Assembly: GCA_051003155.1 (NCBI GenBank)
Contig: JBPCLO010000026.1
Coordinates: 64,001 to 128,000, forward strand
Direction: 5' to 3'
DNA: 64,000 nucleotides
Origin: Fimbriimonadales bacterium
GTDB taxonomy: Bacteria; Armatimonadota; Fimbriimonadia; Fimbriimonadales; ATM1
A program made the position numbers and the translations under genes. Position 1 is the stretch's first letter. Every line of letters starts with the position of its first letter. The notes beneath the pieces were generated by a model. The model did no database searches, was not told where the DNA came from, and saw only the letters and a program-made list of their open reading frames with translations. This document shows positions 32,174-42,640 of this stretch, piece after piece.

Positions 32174-33991
32174 CTAGCTTCTAACGAACTTCCTCTTGGC
32201 CTTGTCGAAGCCTTGGGCTTCCTTCTTAGGATCGAAGTGCCAAACCGGTGAACCCGGCCGCTGATGGAAGGCGTGATAACCGGTCAGGATCGACGCAACG
32301 AGCCTGCGGGGAACGCGCCGGACCACGTTGGTTTCAGCGAGAATCGTTAGGTAATCCGCACCCTTCGAGTAGTGGCTTAGCACTTCTCGTACTATCTCGT
32401 ATGTGGATAGTTCACTCGACCCGGCCGCGAGCTTGCGAAGTTGCTCCATCCGGTCGCTGCTGACGTAGATCAGCAGGTCCGGGTCAGATATCCACTCGAA
32501 GTCGAAAACGTTCGGCTCGGCAGTCTTTGTCAGAGTGAATGCTGCGCCGCTTTCTACCGGCTGTTCGAACCACCAGTCGATCAGGTTGAACATCAACCGA
32601 GTGTCGTGATTGAGCCAGACGTTGAGCTCTCTACCGGCCGAGTCGCGGAAGATCAGCTCTTGGATAGAGGGCGACTCCTCGAGCCAGCCCGTCGGAATTT
32701 GGCAAAGCGGAAATGTGCCGATTTCGCGATGCAGCGACTTTAGAACGAGCCGCAACTGGTCCGGCTGCTTCTTAGGCTTTGGCTGTGGGTCCTCGTCGAG
32801 AACGTCCTGCGCCAAGACGTTCGCCATCTCCTTGCGGAGGGCACTGCTGAAGCCGTCGTCTGAAAGCTCGATGTCAATCGGTTCTCCGTCTGAATCCCGG
32901 AAGTCGTAATCCACGTAGTTGAAGAATTCGGGAACGGAGCCAATGAACTCCGGCGCCGAATCGGATTTGCGGAACCGGTCTCCACCCACAAACCAAACCT
33001 TGTCGCTGGCTTCAAGGGCAGCAATCGCGTTGGCGAGGTCTTCCGGATAGGTGCGGTCTGCCGAGGTGAGTTCGTATTTCGTTTCAAGAAACTTGCCGAC
33101 GCCGACGGAAATCGGGGAGGCCATAACGGCCTGCACCATTTCACCGACCTCCGGGTCGCCGAACTCGAGCGGCGCGACGTCTTCGACCTCCACGGCCGGT
33201 TTGGCTTTCTCCGCTTCCTTCAGAGCTGCCCTTAGCCACTTGGGGGCCTCGGCTTCAGGATGCATCTTGCTATCCGCGCCAAAAACATATCCGGGAACTG
33301 CCTGCAAGGCGTCTAGCAATTCGAGCGCGTCGTAGTAACGGCGTGCGTAGTCGGTTTCGGGATTGAGGTGCTTCCATGCGAAATAGCCGATCAACTTGAC
33401 CGAGATTGGGGCGTGCTTGAGGGCCTCTTTGGCCGCCCTTCCCGAGTTCGAGTAATCGAGCTTGGCCAGGATTTTCTCGGCTGAAGCCACATCCTGCTCA
33501 GTGACGCCGTTCAGGTAAAGAGCCTGCTCCGGCTTCTCGCCGTCCGCCATGAATAGCCACTTGGCGAGCCCTGCTTGGCCGCTGTGAGTTATGAACATCT
33601 GCGGATCGGCCCCGAGCATCGCGGGCAGCTTAGATTCGAAATACTCCTCCGAAAGCTTTCTCGACCGCGATAGCTCGGCGGCCAAATCGGAGACACTAAC
33701 CGGAGAGCCGAATCCTTCGAGAGTCGATTTCACCTGCTGATTGAGGGGTCCGTCGGCGCCGGTAACTCGCGAGGTGGGCATCCAGCGGCGGTCGCTGTAG
33801 GCGAACCTGTCCGGGTTCGTCGCCAACAAGTTGCGAAGGCCCGCGAGGTTGATGCCGAGCGGCGCGAGCTCGACCGCCAGGTCACCGAGCCTCAGCGTGG
33901 ATTCGACGTTCGCGATTCCCTGGAGGACTACGCGATCGGCATAGGCGCGCGCGATATCAATGGTTCGAGTCTGTTGGGTACTTTTGGCCAA
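32174..33991 (-). CDS. Hypothetical protein (605 aa), possible HTH repeats
   Basis: Long ORF; TATAAT upstream on the minus strand (~34032-34037). Confidence 0.8.
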   Translation of the reverse strand: MAKSTQQTRTIDIARAYADRVVLQGIANVESTLRLGDLAVELAPLGINLAGLRNLLATNPDRFAYSDRRWMPTSRVTGADGPLNQQVKSTLEGFGSPVSVSDLAAELSRSRKLSEEYFESKLPAMLGADPQMFITHSGQAGLAKWLFMADGEKPEQALYLNGVTEQDVASAEKILAKLDYSNSGRAAKEALKHAPISVKLIGYFAWKHLNPETDYARRYYDALELLDALQAVPGYVFGADSKMHPEAEAPKWLRAALKEAEKAKPAVEVEDVAPLEFGDPEVGEMVQAVMASPISVGVGKFLETKYELTSADRTYPEDLANAIAALEASDKVWFVGGDRFRKSDSAPEFIGSVPEFFNYVDYDFRDSDGEPIDIELSDDGFSSALRKEMANVLAQDVLDEDPQPKPKKQPDQLRLVLKSLHREIGTFPLCQIPTGWLEESPSIQELIFRDSAGRELNVWLNHDTRLMFNLIDWWFEQPVESGAAFTLTKTAEPNVFDFEWISDPDLLIYVSSDRMEQLRKLAAGSSELSTYEIVREVLSHYSKGADYLTILAETNVVRRVPRRLVASILTGYHAFHQRPGSPVWHFDPKKEAQGFDKAKRKFVRS

Positions 33992-34219
33992 GTTCGGAAA
34001 ACCTCAGTTACACCTTAAGAGGCGGGCACCCATTATACCGGACAGTCGTCGCCAATCTTCGCCCTGCGGCTAACTTCCGCCACAATACGCCCGACCTCCG
34101 CGGTGCGACAGGAGACGCCCCGGTGAAGCTGTGGTCATCCCCGGTGTCCGCTCACCTCAGCGGTCTAGTGATCTGAGCGGCGCGACGGCGGACATCAGCG
34201 GTGGTGCCCGCCACGCCGC

Positions 34220-35404
34220 TCATTCCTGTCTCATGCTCTCCACGGGGTCTTTCGCCCCGGCGCGCAACGCGGGAATCAAGCCGAATATGCACCCGATGCC
34301 GACGCTGACACCGAGCCCGAGAGCCAAAACGCCCGGCGTTAGCCGAGCGTGGATGGGTGTGGTCTGGTCGAGGACCTGGATGACCGCATACGACCCGGCG
34401 GCTGCGGCGAGCCCGCCCGCCAAGGTGAGCATTACGGCCTCGATCAGGAACTGGGCGAAAACGTCGCCGCGCCGCGCGCCGACGGTCTTGCGAATGCCGA
34501 TTTCGCGCTTCCGCTCGTTCACGTTCATCAGCATAACGGTCATGATGCCAACCCCACCGACGACAAGAGCGATCGCGGAGATGCCCAAGACCAAGTATGT
34601 CAGGATGTTCAGCACCTTGTAGATCGCCGCGAGCAAGTCCTCCTGTGTGAGAACTGAAAAGGTTTCAGCGCCCTGAGTTTTCAGCATCGAGGCTTTGATT
34701 CGATCAACAATCCGTTTGGGCGGCACGGCGGGGTCCGTTTGCGTCCAGATTCGGTCGATCTGGACCTGTCTTCTCTTCGCCACGGTTTCGAACGGCAAGT
34801 AGACCGCCGAGCCGAACAAGTTCAGACCGAAGACGCCTTCCGAGCTCGCCTCGAGCGCTGCCCCGACAACCTGATACGGAATGCCGTTGACCTCGACCTC
34901 CTTGTGAAGAGCCGGTGCGTCTCCGAAGAGGCTCTTCTTAGCCTCGGGGCCAATAACGACTTGACGGCCTCCGGTGAACGGGCCGCCCTCTGCGAACGTG
35001 TGTTTCCGCATCAAAAACCACGTCGGGTCGACTCCGAGAGTGAAGGCGCGGACGGGCCCCTTCCCCGCCGTGACCGAGCCGGCGATGAACGTCCACTTGG
35101 CCAGACGCACGACCCCTTCGACCTTGGCAACTGCCTCGGCGTCGGTCCTCGCAAACGGGCTGAGGCCGATGTTGCCGCTGCCGCCACCCAGGTTGTTCGG
35201 GTCCACCCTGCCCGGAACAATGACAATGAGATTCACGCCGAGCGAGCGCACCTCGTCCTCCACGTCATCGCGCACGCCCATCGCAATCGAGATGAGGAGC
35301 ATGACGGCGAGCGTCCCCACGAATATGCCCAGGGCGCTGAGCAGCGACCGCGCCCAACTCCCCTTTATCGATTCCCAGGCAGAAACGAAAGCATTCGAGA
35401 ACAT
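34220..35404 (-). CDS. ABC transporter permease (MacB/FtsX family)
   Basis: RSLLSALGI, VGGVGIM, ERKREIGIRKTVGA and FLIEA. Confidence 0.93.
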   Translation of the reverse strand: MFSNAFVSAWESIKGSWARSLLSALGIFVGTLAVMLLISIAMGVRDDVEDEVRSLGVNLIVIVPGRVDPNNLGGGSGNIGLSPFARTDAEAVAKVEGVVRLAKWTFIAGSVTAGKGPVRAFTLGVDPTWFLMRKHTFAEGGPFTGGRQVVIGPEAKKSLFGDAPALHKEVEVNGIPYQVVGAALEASSEGVFGLNLFGSAVYLPFETVAKRRQVQIDRIWTQTDPAVPPKRIVDRIKASMLKTQGAETFSVLTQEDLLAAIYKVLNILTYLVLGISAIALVVGGVGIMTVMLMNVNERKREIGIRKTVGARRGDVFAQFLIEAVMLTLAGGLAAAAGSYAVIQVLDQTTPIHARLTPGVLALGLGVSVGIGCIFGLIPALRAGAKDPVESMRQE

Positions 35405-35620
35405 CGGCTCCGATTATGCAGACTGGAGACCGCGGAGACTGGCAGTATCGGAGGGCGTAGCTTATGCAAGGCAGCCGAGACGAACGGAAAAGGGTCGCGC
35501 CCCCTTCAACTTTCGCAGCGGGAGTAGCAGCGCCGCTTTTGCGAACTGAACCGGCCGGACCATCTGTTGGTCTAGCGGCGACAGCCACCTGGCCGCGATA
35601 TCACGTAAACTCGCAAGCAC

Positions 35621-36328
35621 GTGCCGTTCCTCATCGCTATCGGCGTCATCGCCACCCTATCCCTGCTCTTTGTCTGGTACACGCGCAAGATCTGGTTCTT
35701 TCGTGATCCGGATCATGCGCTGACGGAGCAAGGCGATCTCGTCTTGAGGAGCCCCGTGTATGGTCGCGTTGCCTACGTTAGGAGAATTGAAAATGGCGTC
35801 GTCGAGAGCGAGAAGAAGGGTGAGCGCATCCTGATCTCGGACATTACCAAGGACGACTGGCCAGACCAGGACGGCGACGGCTGGCTCATCGGAATCGCCA
35901 TGACCGCGCTCGACGTGCACTACCAGTACTCACCCCTCCCGGCGACCGTGGGCTCGATCTGCCACCACGCACACGGGCGCAACCTGCCGATGTTTGACCT
36001 TTGGGAGTACGTGCGGATCACTTGGCTCAGGCGTGGGGTGCAGCTCTTCGCCAAGAAGTACGTTTTCGAGAACGAGAGGCAAACCGTGTGGTTGAAAGGC
36101 AAGGCAGCCAAAATTGCGCTTGTACTTATTGCGGACAAGTTCGTTTCCAAAATTACCACGTTCGTGAAGGATGGAGACTCGGTGGCCGCGGGCGGCAAGC
36201 TCAGCTTCATCGGAAGAGGCAGCCAAGTGGACGTGGTCGTCTGCGGCCAACCGGATTTGCTGGCATCCGTGCAGGTTGGCCAGGCTGTGCACGGCCCGTC
36301 GACCGTCATTGCAAGGCTCGGGCGATGA
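35621..36328 (+). CDS. Phosphatidylserine decarboxylase-family proenzyme
   Basis: FFRDP, SPVYG, DVHYQYSP, ENER and GS cleavage motif. Confidence 0.85.
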   Translation: MPFLIAIGVIATLSLLFVWYTRKIWFFRDPDHALTEQGDLVLRSPVYGRVAYVRRIENGVVESEKKGERILISDITKDDWPDQDGDGWLIGIAMTALDVHYQYSPLPATVGSICHHAHGRNLPMFDLWEYVRITWLRRGVQLFAKKYVFENERQTVWLKGKAAKIALVLIADKFVSKITTFVKDGDSVAAGGKLSFIGRGSQVDVVVCGQPDLLASVQVGQAVHGPSTVIARLGR

Positions 36329-36392
36329 GCCGGCGGATGCCGGAACCCCCACTTGAAGCGTATAAGTTAAAATGAACAACAGGAGGATGACC

Positions 36393-37145
36393 ATGACGCA
36401 TTCGATCCGGACCATCACAGCATTCGCCGCCGCCCTCGCAGTCACCGGCTGCGGCACGAACCTGCTCAGCAAGAACGACGAGATCAAGCTCGGCCGCCAA
36501 GCCGCCCAAGGCATCGAACAGAAGTACGGCGTGAGCAACAACCCAGAGGACAACAACCTCGTCCAGCGCATCGGCCAGAAGATCATGGCCGCTAACAACC
36601 TGGAGTGGCCCTTTACTTTCAAGGTGCTCAACGATCGCTCCCTAAACGCCGTTTCGCTGCCCGGCGGGCCGGTTTACATCTTCCGTGGTCTGATCGACGC
36701 AACTGCAGGCAACGTGGACGAGCTCGCATCCGTAATGGCTCATGAAGTGGCCCACGTTCAGCACCGCCATGCAGCCAAGCAGTACTCGCAAGCAGTCCTG
36801 ACCGACGTCGCCATCCAGGTCGGTACTGGCGGAGCCGTCCAAACGGCCGCGCAGATCGCGAACTTGTTCGCACAGATGAGCTTTAGCCGGGAAGACGAGT
36901 ACCAAGCCGACTCCAGCGGAATTAAGTACGCTTATAAGGCCGGATATGATCCGAACGGCCTCGTGGAGTTTTTCCGCAGGCTCCAGCGCATGGAAAAGCA
37001 GGGATCGGGGAACGTTATCTCGAATAACCTAAGAACGCACCCCTTGACCAGCTCGCGCATCGAGCGGGCCGAAAAGGAGATCGCCAAGATTACGCAAACT
37101 GTGAATGCAGAAAGAAAGGCGTTAGAAATGATCGACGACAAGTGA
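36393..37145 (+). CDS. M48 metallopeptidase lipoprotein
   Basis: Lipobox VTGC; NAVSLPGG, HEVAH, SREDEYQAD and THP. Confidence 0.93.
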   Translation: MTHSIRTITAFAAALAVTGCGTNLLSKNDEIKLGRQAAQGIEQKYGVSNNPEDNNLVQRIGQKIMAANNLEWPFTFKVLNDRSLNAVSLPGGPVYIFRGLIDATAGNVDELASVMAHEVAHVQHRHAAKQYSQAVLTDVAIQVGTGGAVQTAAQIANLFAQMSFSREDEYQADSSGIKYAYKAGYDPNGLVEFFRRLQRMEKQGSGNVISNNLRTHPLTSSRIERAEKEIAKITQTVNAERKALEMIDDK

Positions 37146-37783
37146 AAGTAGCCGCCGTTATCCCCGCCTTCAATGAGGAGCACCGGATCGCTCGCGTCTT
37201 GCATGCCTTGGCGCAGTCGAAGCTCATCGACGATGTCATCGTCGTCAGCGACGGCTCGACCGACGACACGGCCCGTGTCGCGGGCCGCTTGCCGGGCGTC
37301 ACAGTGCTCGACTTGCCCGCCAACCTGGGCAAGGGCGGGGCGATGTGCGCGGGGGTCGAGTACTCGGACGCCGATGTCATCGTTTTCTTCGATGCGGATC
37401 TGATCGGCCTGCGGGCAAAGCACGTGGATTCGCTCGTCGCTCCAGTGCTTTACGGCGCGGATATGGCGATAGGCATCTTTCGCAGGGGCAAGTTTTGGTC
37501 CGACGCGGCGCAGGTGATCAGCCCGTACATCAGCGGCCAAAGGGCGCTCAGAAGAGAGATCATCGAACAGATACCGTGGCTGGCCGAAGTGCGGATGGGC
37601 GTCGAGGTCGCGATCAATCGTATGGCCCGACGCAGGCACTTAAAGATCAAGCGCGTTGTTTTAGATGGAGTGACGCATACCTCGAAGGAACAGAAGTTCG
37701 GCCTAATGAAGGGCACCGCCCAGCGCGCGAAGATGTACGCCGAGATCGGCCGCGCGATGGTACGGGCACGAAAAGACCGGTAG
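37142..37783 (+). CDS. Glycosyltransferase family 2
   Basis: PAFNE, DGSTDDT, DADL and SGQRA. Confidence 0.92.
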   Translation: MKVAAVIPAFNEEHRIARVLHALAQSKLIDDVIVVSDGSTDDTARVAGRLPGVTVLDLPANLGKGGAMCAGVEYSDADVIVFFDADLIGLRAKHVDSLVAPVLYGADMAIGIFRRGKFWSDAAQVISPYISGQRALRREIIEQIPWLAEVRMGVEVAINRMARRRHLKIKRVVLDGVTHTSKEQKFGLMKGTAQRAKMYAEIGRAMVRARKDR

Positions 37784-37791
37784 AGCTGCGC

Positions 37792-38907
37792 GTGCTGCTT
37801 CCCCTCTTTGCTTTAGTGGCGTCCTGCGGCCCCTCGGCGGTTGTCGCTCCCCTTCCACCAGCAGAACCGCGCGCGGCGAGCGTGCTGGTCGTTTGGAACG
37901 CGAATGCACCCGAAAGCCGCCTGATCGCAGAAACGTACGTTCAGAAGCGCGGCGTGCCGCAGAAAAACCTGCTGGCGGTTAAGGTGACGACGAAGGACAA
38001 TATCGCAGAGTCGGACTACGAATCCGGTGTTTTGGCCCCAGTCCGCGGGCACATCGCCAAGAACAAACTCAAGATCGATTTCATCGTTCTGGTACGTGGG
38101 GTACCCATTCGCCTGAACAACGACGGCGGCTATTCGCTCGACGCCTTCCTTATGGTGGATGCGCATCCGAGCCGCGCGGGCAAGTCCTTGGAGCCGTACC
38201 AAGCGCCGACGCCGGTGAACGGCAACGTGAACATCCGCGAGCAGGATATCAAGAGGGTGGTCAACCCGTACTTCCGGAAGAGCGAAAAGTTCGACAGCGA
38301 CAAGTATGGGATGTACCTGTGCACGCGGCTGGACGGCTACACGGTCGAGGACGCCATCGGGCTTATCCAACGCTCCCTGAAGGCAGCCCCTGCGAAAGGT
38401 GTTTTTCTCTTCGATTCGTCTCCGGGCAAGACCTCTGGCTCGCTGGGCGCTACTCAATCGGCGATGCCCGCCGCAAAGAAACTCCTCGAAGGGAAACAAA
38501 TGCGGGTGGTCTTCGATGAAAAAGCCGCGTTCGCCGGTGGACAGGATCTGATGGGCTACGCCAGCTGGGGAAGCAACGACGGCTCGTTCGATGCGCGAAC
38601 CTACCATTCGTTGAGCTTCCTCCCGGGCGCGTTGGCGGAGACCTACGTTTCGACGAGCGGACGGACGTTCCGGCAGACCTCCGGCGGCCAGAGCCTGATC
38701 GCCGACTTGATCCGCCAAGGAGTAACAGGTGTCAAAGGATACGTCAGCGAACCGTTTACATTCGCTCTGGCGAGGGTCGACACGCTTTTCGACCGGTACA
38801 CGAGCGGGTTTAACCTCGCGGAGAGTTTCTATATGGCTTCCCCGCTGCTCAAGTGGAAGGACGTCGTGATCGGCGACCCTCTGTGCAGCCCTTACCGAAA
38901 GGAGTAG
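37792..38907 (+). CDS. TIGR03790-family lipoprotein
   Basis: VLVVWN, NPYF, TRLDG, WGSND, VSTSGRT, GYVSEP, NLAESFY and IGDPL. Confidence 0.85.
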   Translation: MLLPLFALVASCGPSAVVAPLPPAEPRAASVLVVWNANAPESRLIAETYVQKRGVPQKNLLAVKVTTKDNIAESDYESGVLAPVRGHIAKNKLKIDFIVLVRGVPIRLNNDGGYSLDAFLMVDAHPSRAGKSLEPYQAPTPVNGNVNIREQDIKRVVNPYFRKSEKFDSDKYGMYLCTRLDGYTVEDAIGLIQRSLKAAPAKGVFLFDSSPGKTSGSLGATQSAMPAAKKLLEGKQMRVVFDEKAAFAGGQDLMGYASWGSNDGSFDARTYHSLSFLPGALAETYVSTSGRTFRQTSGGQSLIADLIRQGVTGVKGYVSEPFTFALARVDTLFDRYTSGFNLAESFYMASPLLKWKDVVIGDPLCSPYRKE

Positions 38908-38911
38908 CGCC

Positions 38912-39156
38912 AATATCTTTTCTGGAAACGAACGGCGCGCGTATCTATTACGAGGAGGAAGGGCAAAGGCTATCCTCTGCTCCTCATCCACGGAGGGCTT
39001 GGCAGCCTGAGGATGTGCACAAGCAGGTACCTATGTTCGCTGAGCGGTATCGGGTGATCCGGTATGACACGCGCGGATTCGGTAAGACCGACACCGAAGA
39101 TGTCGAGTTCTCGAATCGCGACGACGCCGCCGCGCTTATGGACCACCTGGGCGTCC
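38912..39156 (+). pseudogene. Alpha/beta hydrolase N-terminal remnant fused to unrelated sequence
   Basis: NGARIYYEEEG, then GYPLLLIHGG in another frame, then YRVIRYDTRGFGKT; no start codon or nucleophile elbow. Confidence 0.75.
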
Positions 39157-39413
39157 ACAGCCGGTTGCTTCACCGCGTGCGCCTCGGAAAGAGAACCATG
39201 TGGCGCTTTGAACTCTCGCTAGGAAACGGAGCCTTTCGCCACATGGTCATTTCGGAGGACGATGTGGACCCGAAATCCAAGACCTATCTCATGGCTGATC
39301 TGCCGGCAAGCGTGAAAGCTGAACTGGAGAGTGCATACAAGGCAGCGACCCAGAGGCGCGGCGGCCAACCACCCCGTACACGGGTATCCGCTGTGCCAAA
39401 CTAGCCAACTCGC

Positions 39414-39504
<91 letters not shown>

Positions 39505-39511
39505 CAAAATC

Positions 39512-40132
39512 ATGGATGAACGAATCGGCGTCGACGAAAGCGGCAAGGGCGATTATTTCGGACCGCTCGTTGTAGCCGCGTGCTTCGTGGGGCCGGAGCA
39601 CCTCGTGGAGCTCGAAGGCGTGCGCGACTCCAAAAAGCTTACCGACAAGCAGGCGCTTTACTTCTCGAACCAAATTCGAAGGGCATGCCCTCACTCGGTC
39701 ATCTCGATCGGCCCGGCCAAGTACAACGAGCTTTACGATAAGATGCGGAACCTGAACGATTTGCTCGCCTGGGGCCACGCGCGGGCAATCGAGAATGTGC
39801 TCGATCAACGCGACTGCACGCTTGTCATCAGCGATCAGTTCGCCAAGCCCGACACGGTGAAAAAACAGCTCTTCGCGAAGGGAAAGTCCGTGGTGTTGGA
39901 ATCCATTGTTCGGGCGGAGTCGGATATGGCCGTCGCGGCGGCTTCGGTATTGGCGAGGGCCGAATTTCTGCGCAAACTGAGATCCATTTCGGAGGTCTGG
40001 GCGATCGATTTGCCGAAGGGCGCCGGTCTGCCCGTGCTCGACGCTGGGAAGCGCTTTGTGTCGAAGCACGGATTCTCAAAGCTCGGCGAAGTCGCTAAGC
40101 TGCACTTCAAGACAACCGTCAGCTTTCGCTGA
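39512..40132 (+). CDS. rnhC: Ribonuclease HIII (catalytic domain only)
   Basis: [34 protein letters not shown] and KLHFKT. Confidence 0.9.
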   Translation: MDERIGVDESGKGDYFGPLVVAACFVGPEHLVELEGVRDSKKLTDKQALYFSNQIRRACPHSVISIGPAKYNELYDKMRNLNDLLAWGHARAIENVLDQRDCTLVISDQFAKPDTVKKQLFAKGKSVVLESIVRAESDMAVAAASVLARAEFLRKLRSISEVWAIDLPKGAGLPVLDAGKRFVSKHGFSKLGEVAKLHFKTTVSFR

Positions 40133-40195
40133 GTCGGACCTCAGTCATACCCGGGCTAAAGAGGAGCTTCAAGCCTCCCGTCGAACTCATACTGA

Positions 40196-40789
40196 GTGTG
40201 GTACAGCTTAAGCGCGCGCGAGAAGCTGGGAATCACCTCGGTCGCCGCGGCGGCCATCGCGGGCGCAGGATGGATGGGGTTTAAACAGGTCGTTTCGCCG
40301 ACTCAGCGCTCGTTCGCGCCAGGCGTCCAAGTACAGGCGTCGCCCCTCTTCTCGATCCACGTGGCGGGCGCCGTGCGTAAGCCGGGTGTCGTTCGCGTAA
40401 ACGAAGGGATGATGGTGCAGGACGCCATCCGCCTCGCAGGCGGCCAAACCGCAGATGCCAACCCGAACGCGGTCAACCTGGCTGCACCCCTCGTCGCTAA
40501 TTCGCAGCTCTATATTCCCGCGGTCAGCGAAATTGTAAGCTCCTCTCAGCTCGGACCGTATGCCCCGGGCCCTCAATCCACAGGCGGGCAGGCCGGAGGG
40601 GTTGTCAGCATCAATTCCGCCACGGAGGCGGAGCTCGACACGCTGCCGGGCGTCGGTCCGGTGACTGCGCGTGCCATTATTAGCCACCGCAGCGCAATCG
40701 GCCGCTTCCGGTCGGTGGACCAGCTCCTCGACGTGAAGGGCATCGGCCCTGTGAAGCTTGCCAAAATGCGCGGACGTGTGACTTTGTAG
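40196..40789 (+). CDS. comEA: ComEA-family DNA-binding protein
   Basis: HVAGAVRKPG (SLBB) and INSAT...LPGVGP (HhH). Confidence 0.9.
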   Translation: MWYSLSAREKLGITSVAAAAIAGAGWMGFKQVVSPTQRSFAPGVQVQASPLFSIHVAGAVRKPGVVRVNEGMMVQDAIRLAGGQTADANPNAVNLAAPLVANSQLYIPAVSEIVSSSQLGPYAPGPQSTGGQAGGVVSINSATEAELDTLPGVGPVTARAIISHRSAIGRFRSVDQLLDVKGIGPVKLAKMRGRVTL

Positions 40790-40793
40790 ATTT

Positions 40794-41567
40794 ATGGTAA
40801 CGACGGCGCCGAATCGGTGGTATCTGCGGTGGATTTTCGGGCCGCTGCAGTTCACAGGGGAGCTATTCGTCCTCATTTGGGAGGGTTTTAGCCGCATTTT
40901 CTCGCGTCCGTTCGAGTTCAAGGAGATGATCGGTCAGATGGTGTTCGTGGGTCTCGGCTCGGTGCCGATCGTCGCGCTCACCACATTCGCCTCCGGCGCG
41001 GTTATGTCTCTGTATATATCCCCGCTCCTCTCCAATATGGGCGTCACGACGATGATCGGAGGCACGGTGGGGTTGACCGTCACGCGGGAACTCGCGCCCG
41101 TCGTCGCCGGCATCATGGTGGCCGCCCGATGTGGTAGCGCGATGACCGCGCAGATCGGCTCCATGGCCGTCACCGAGCAGCTCGACGCCCTAAAAGCCTT
41201 GGGCGTGAACCAATACAACTACTTGCTCGTCCCCCGGCTCTTGGCAACCGTGCTCATGCTCCCGATTCTGGGTCTCTTGGGTGTCTACTGTGGTGTGATC
41301 GGGGGTCTGGTCGTGGCGACCGGCCACGGCATTCCAGCGGCGACGTTCCTCAACTCGATCGAGGTCATGCTCGACTCTTGGGACTTCCTCGGAGGCGTGC
41401 TGAAGACCGCGTTCTTCGGCCTCGTGATCACGATCGTCGCCTGCCAGCAGGGCTTCGGGACGAAAGGCGGCGCCGTCGGCGTCGGCAAATCGACCACGGA
41501 CACCGTGGTGATCAGCATGGTGTTCATCTATATCCTGAACTACTTCCTGGCAGCTTGGTTTTATTAG
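40794..41567 (+). CDS. mlaE: MlaE-family ABC permease
   Basis: RELAPV, AQIGSMAVTEQLDAL and GAVGVGKSTT. Confidence 0.92.
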   Translation: MVTTAPNRWYLRWIFGPLQFTGELFVLIWEGFSRIFSRPFEFKEMIGQMVFVGLGSVPIVALTTFASGAVMSLYISPLLSNMGVTTMIGGTVGLTVTRELAPVVAGIMVAARCGSAMTAQIGSMAVTEQLDALKALGVNQYNYLLVPRLLATVLMLPILGLLGVYCGVIGGLVVATGHGIPAATFLNSIEVMLDSWDFLGGVLKTAFFGLVITIVACQQGFGTKGGAVGVGKSTTDTVVISMVFIYILNYFLAAWFY

Positions 41568-41616
41568 GCAGCGCTCGGGCCGATCCAAGTTGAGTAAGGA
41601 TGAGGGAACTATTTTT

Positions 41617-41752
41617 CCTCTCCCTCTGGGAGAGGTCCTCGCCGACGAAGTTGTGCGAGGGGTGAGGGAGATAATGCGGCCGCTCCGATCAAGTGCAGAC
41701 TGCGTTCGAAAGGATTCCTCCCCCAAGCCTGGGGGAGGTTAGGAGGGGGTTG
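41617..41752. repeat. Two REP-like CCTC(T/C)CCC...GGG(A/G)GAGG palindromes
   Basis: Hairpins at 41617-41635 and 41717-41738, followed by GGGGTGAGGG and GGAGGGGG respectively. Confidence 0.6.
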
Positions 41753-41783
41753 GCGTGGCTGTCATCGCATACCGCATTAAGGT

Positions 41784-42109
41784 CTACGTCCCGGGCGGCC
41801 GATAGGCGATATCCCTCGCGCGCCCAAGGGCATCCAGCGTCTCCTCGATGGTCAGCAGCGGCGTCGTCTCCAGTTTTGAGAGCGCCCCGCCGCCGGTGAT
41901 CGCGATGGCCACAGCGGCCATCGACACATTGTCCGGCGCCTCCCAAAGGTATAGGCGTCGTACTCGCCGAACGCGAACCAGAAACCGTGCAGCTTGCCGC
42001 CGACGGATTCGATGTATTTGCGCGCAGCCTCGCGCCGATCCTCGGGGTTCTGCATCATTCGCGCCCACGTCTCGGGCGTATAGCTAAAACGCGTTAAGTA
42101 AAAAGCCAT
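41784..42109 (-). pseudogene. GYD-domain protein, frameshifted near 41948
   Basis: SYTPETW...GGKLHGFWFAFGEYD continues in another frame as WEAPDN...LETTPLLT. Confidence 0.8.
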
Positions 42110-42152
42110 GTAATCCTCAGGTGCCCCACGCCGCGTCACCGATCGCCGGCCG

Positions 42153-42494
42153 TCACGGGGAGAATTTCAACCTGGACTGTACCCGCGGCGTGACGGCGAG
42201 GAGCGCTACCCATGGGAGGGTGGCGGAAGATGCGCGAGCAGCGCGACGAAACCTCTCGCAACCTTGGCAGCCGATTCGAGAGGCGCTACCGAACGTTTCC
42301 CAAGGCTCATCTCCGAAACGCCACTGTTCGAATCCCAATATCCGGTGCTTCCGAGTCTGGAACGGCCTGCACTCACCCGGGCCGCAAGCGACTCCTTCCC
42401 CGTACTCCCAAGCCCACGGCGAAGAGTAAAACGCATACGCCGCGACAGCGCAGAGAACAGCGCAGACAAGAGCGGCCAAGACGCTTGCGCGCAT
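42153..42494 (-). CDS. Small hypothetical membrane protein
   Basis: Hydrophobic N-terminus; no other support. Confidence 0.4.
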   Translation of the reverse strand: MRASVLAALVCAVLCAVAAYAFYSSPWAWEYGEGVACGPGECRPFQTRKHRILGFEQWRFGDEPWETFGSASRIGCQGCERFRRAARASSATLPWVALLAVTPRVQSRLKFSP

Positions 42495-42640
42495 CATAAC
42501 CATAAGTGCCTTCCCGCGGGCAAAACGTTCAATAATATTGTCCGGTTTGTTGACAACATCCTGGGCACCGACAAGAGCCGATGCTTAGATTTGCCACTTC
42601 CGAAGCCCCGTCCCCGTAGCCGACACCGACCAACCATGTC

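Noticed and set aside
37345..37791. Long N-terminal extension of the 520-aa ORF
   Set aside because: Overlaps the GT2 gene; the lipoprotein signal begins near 37792
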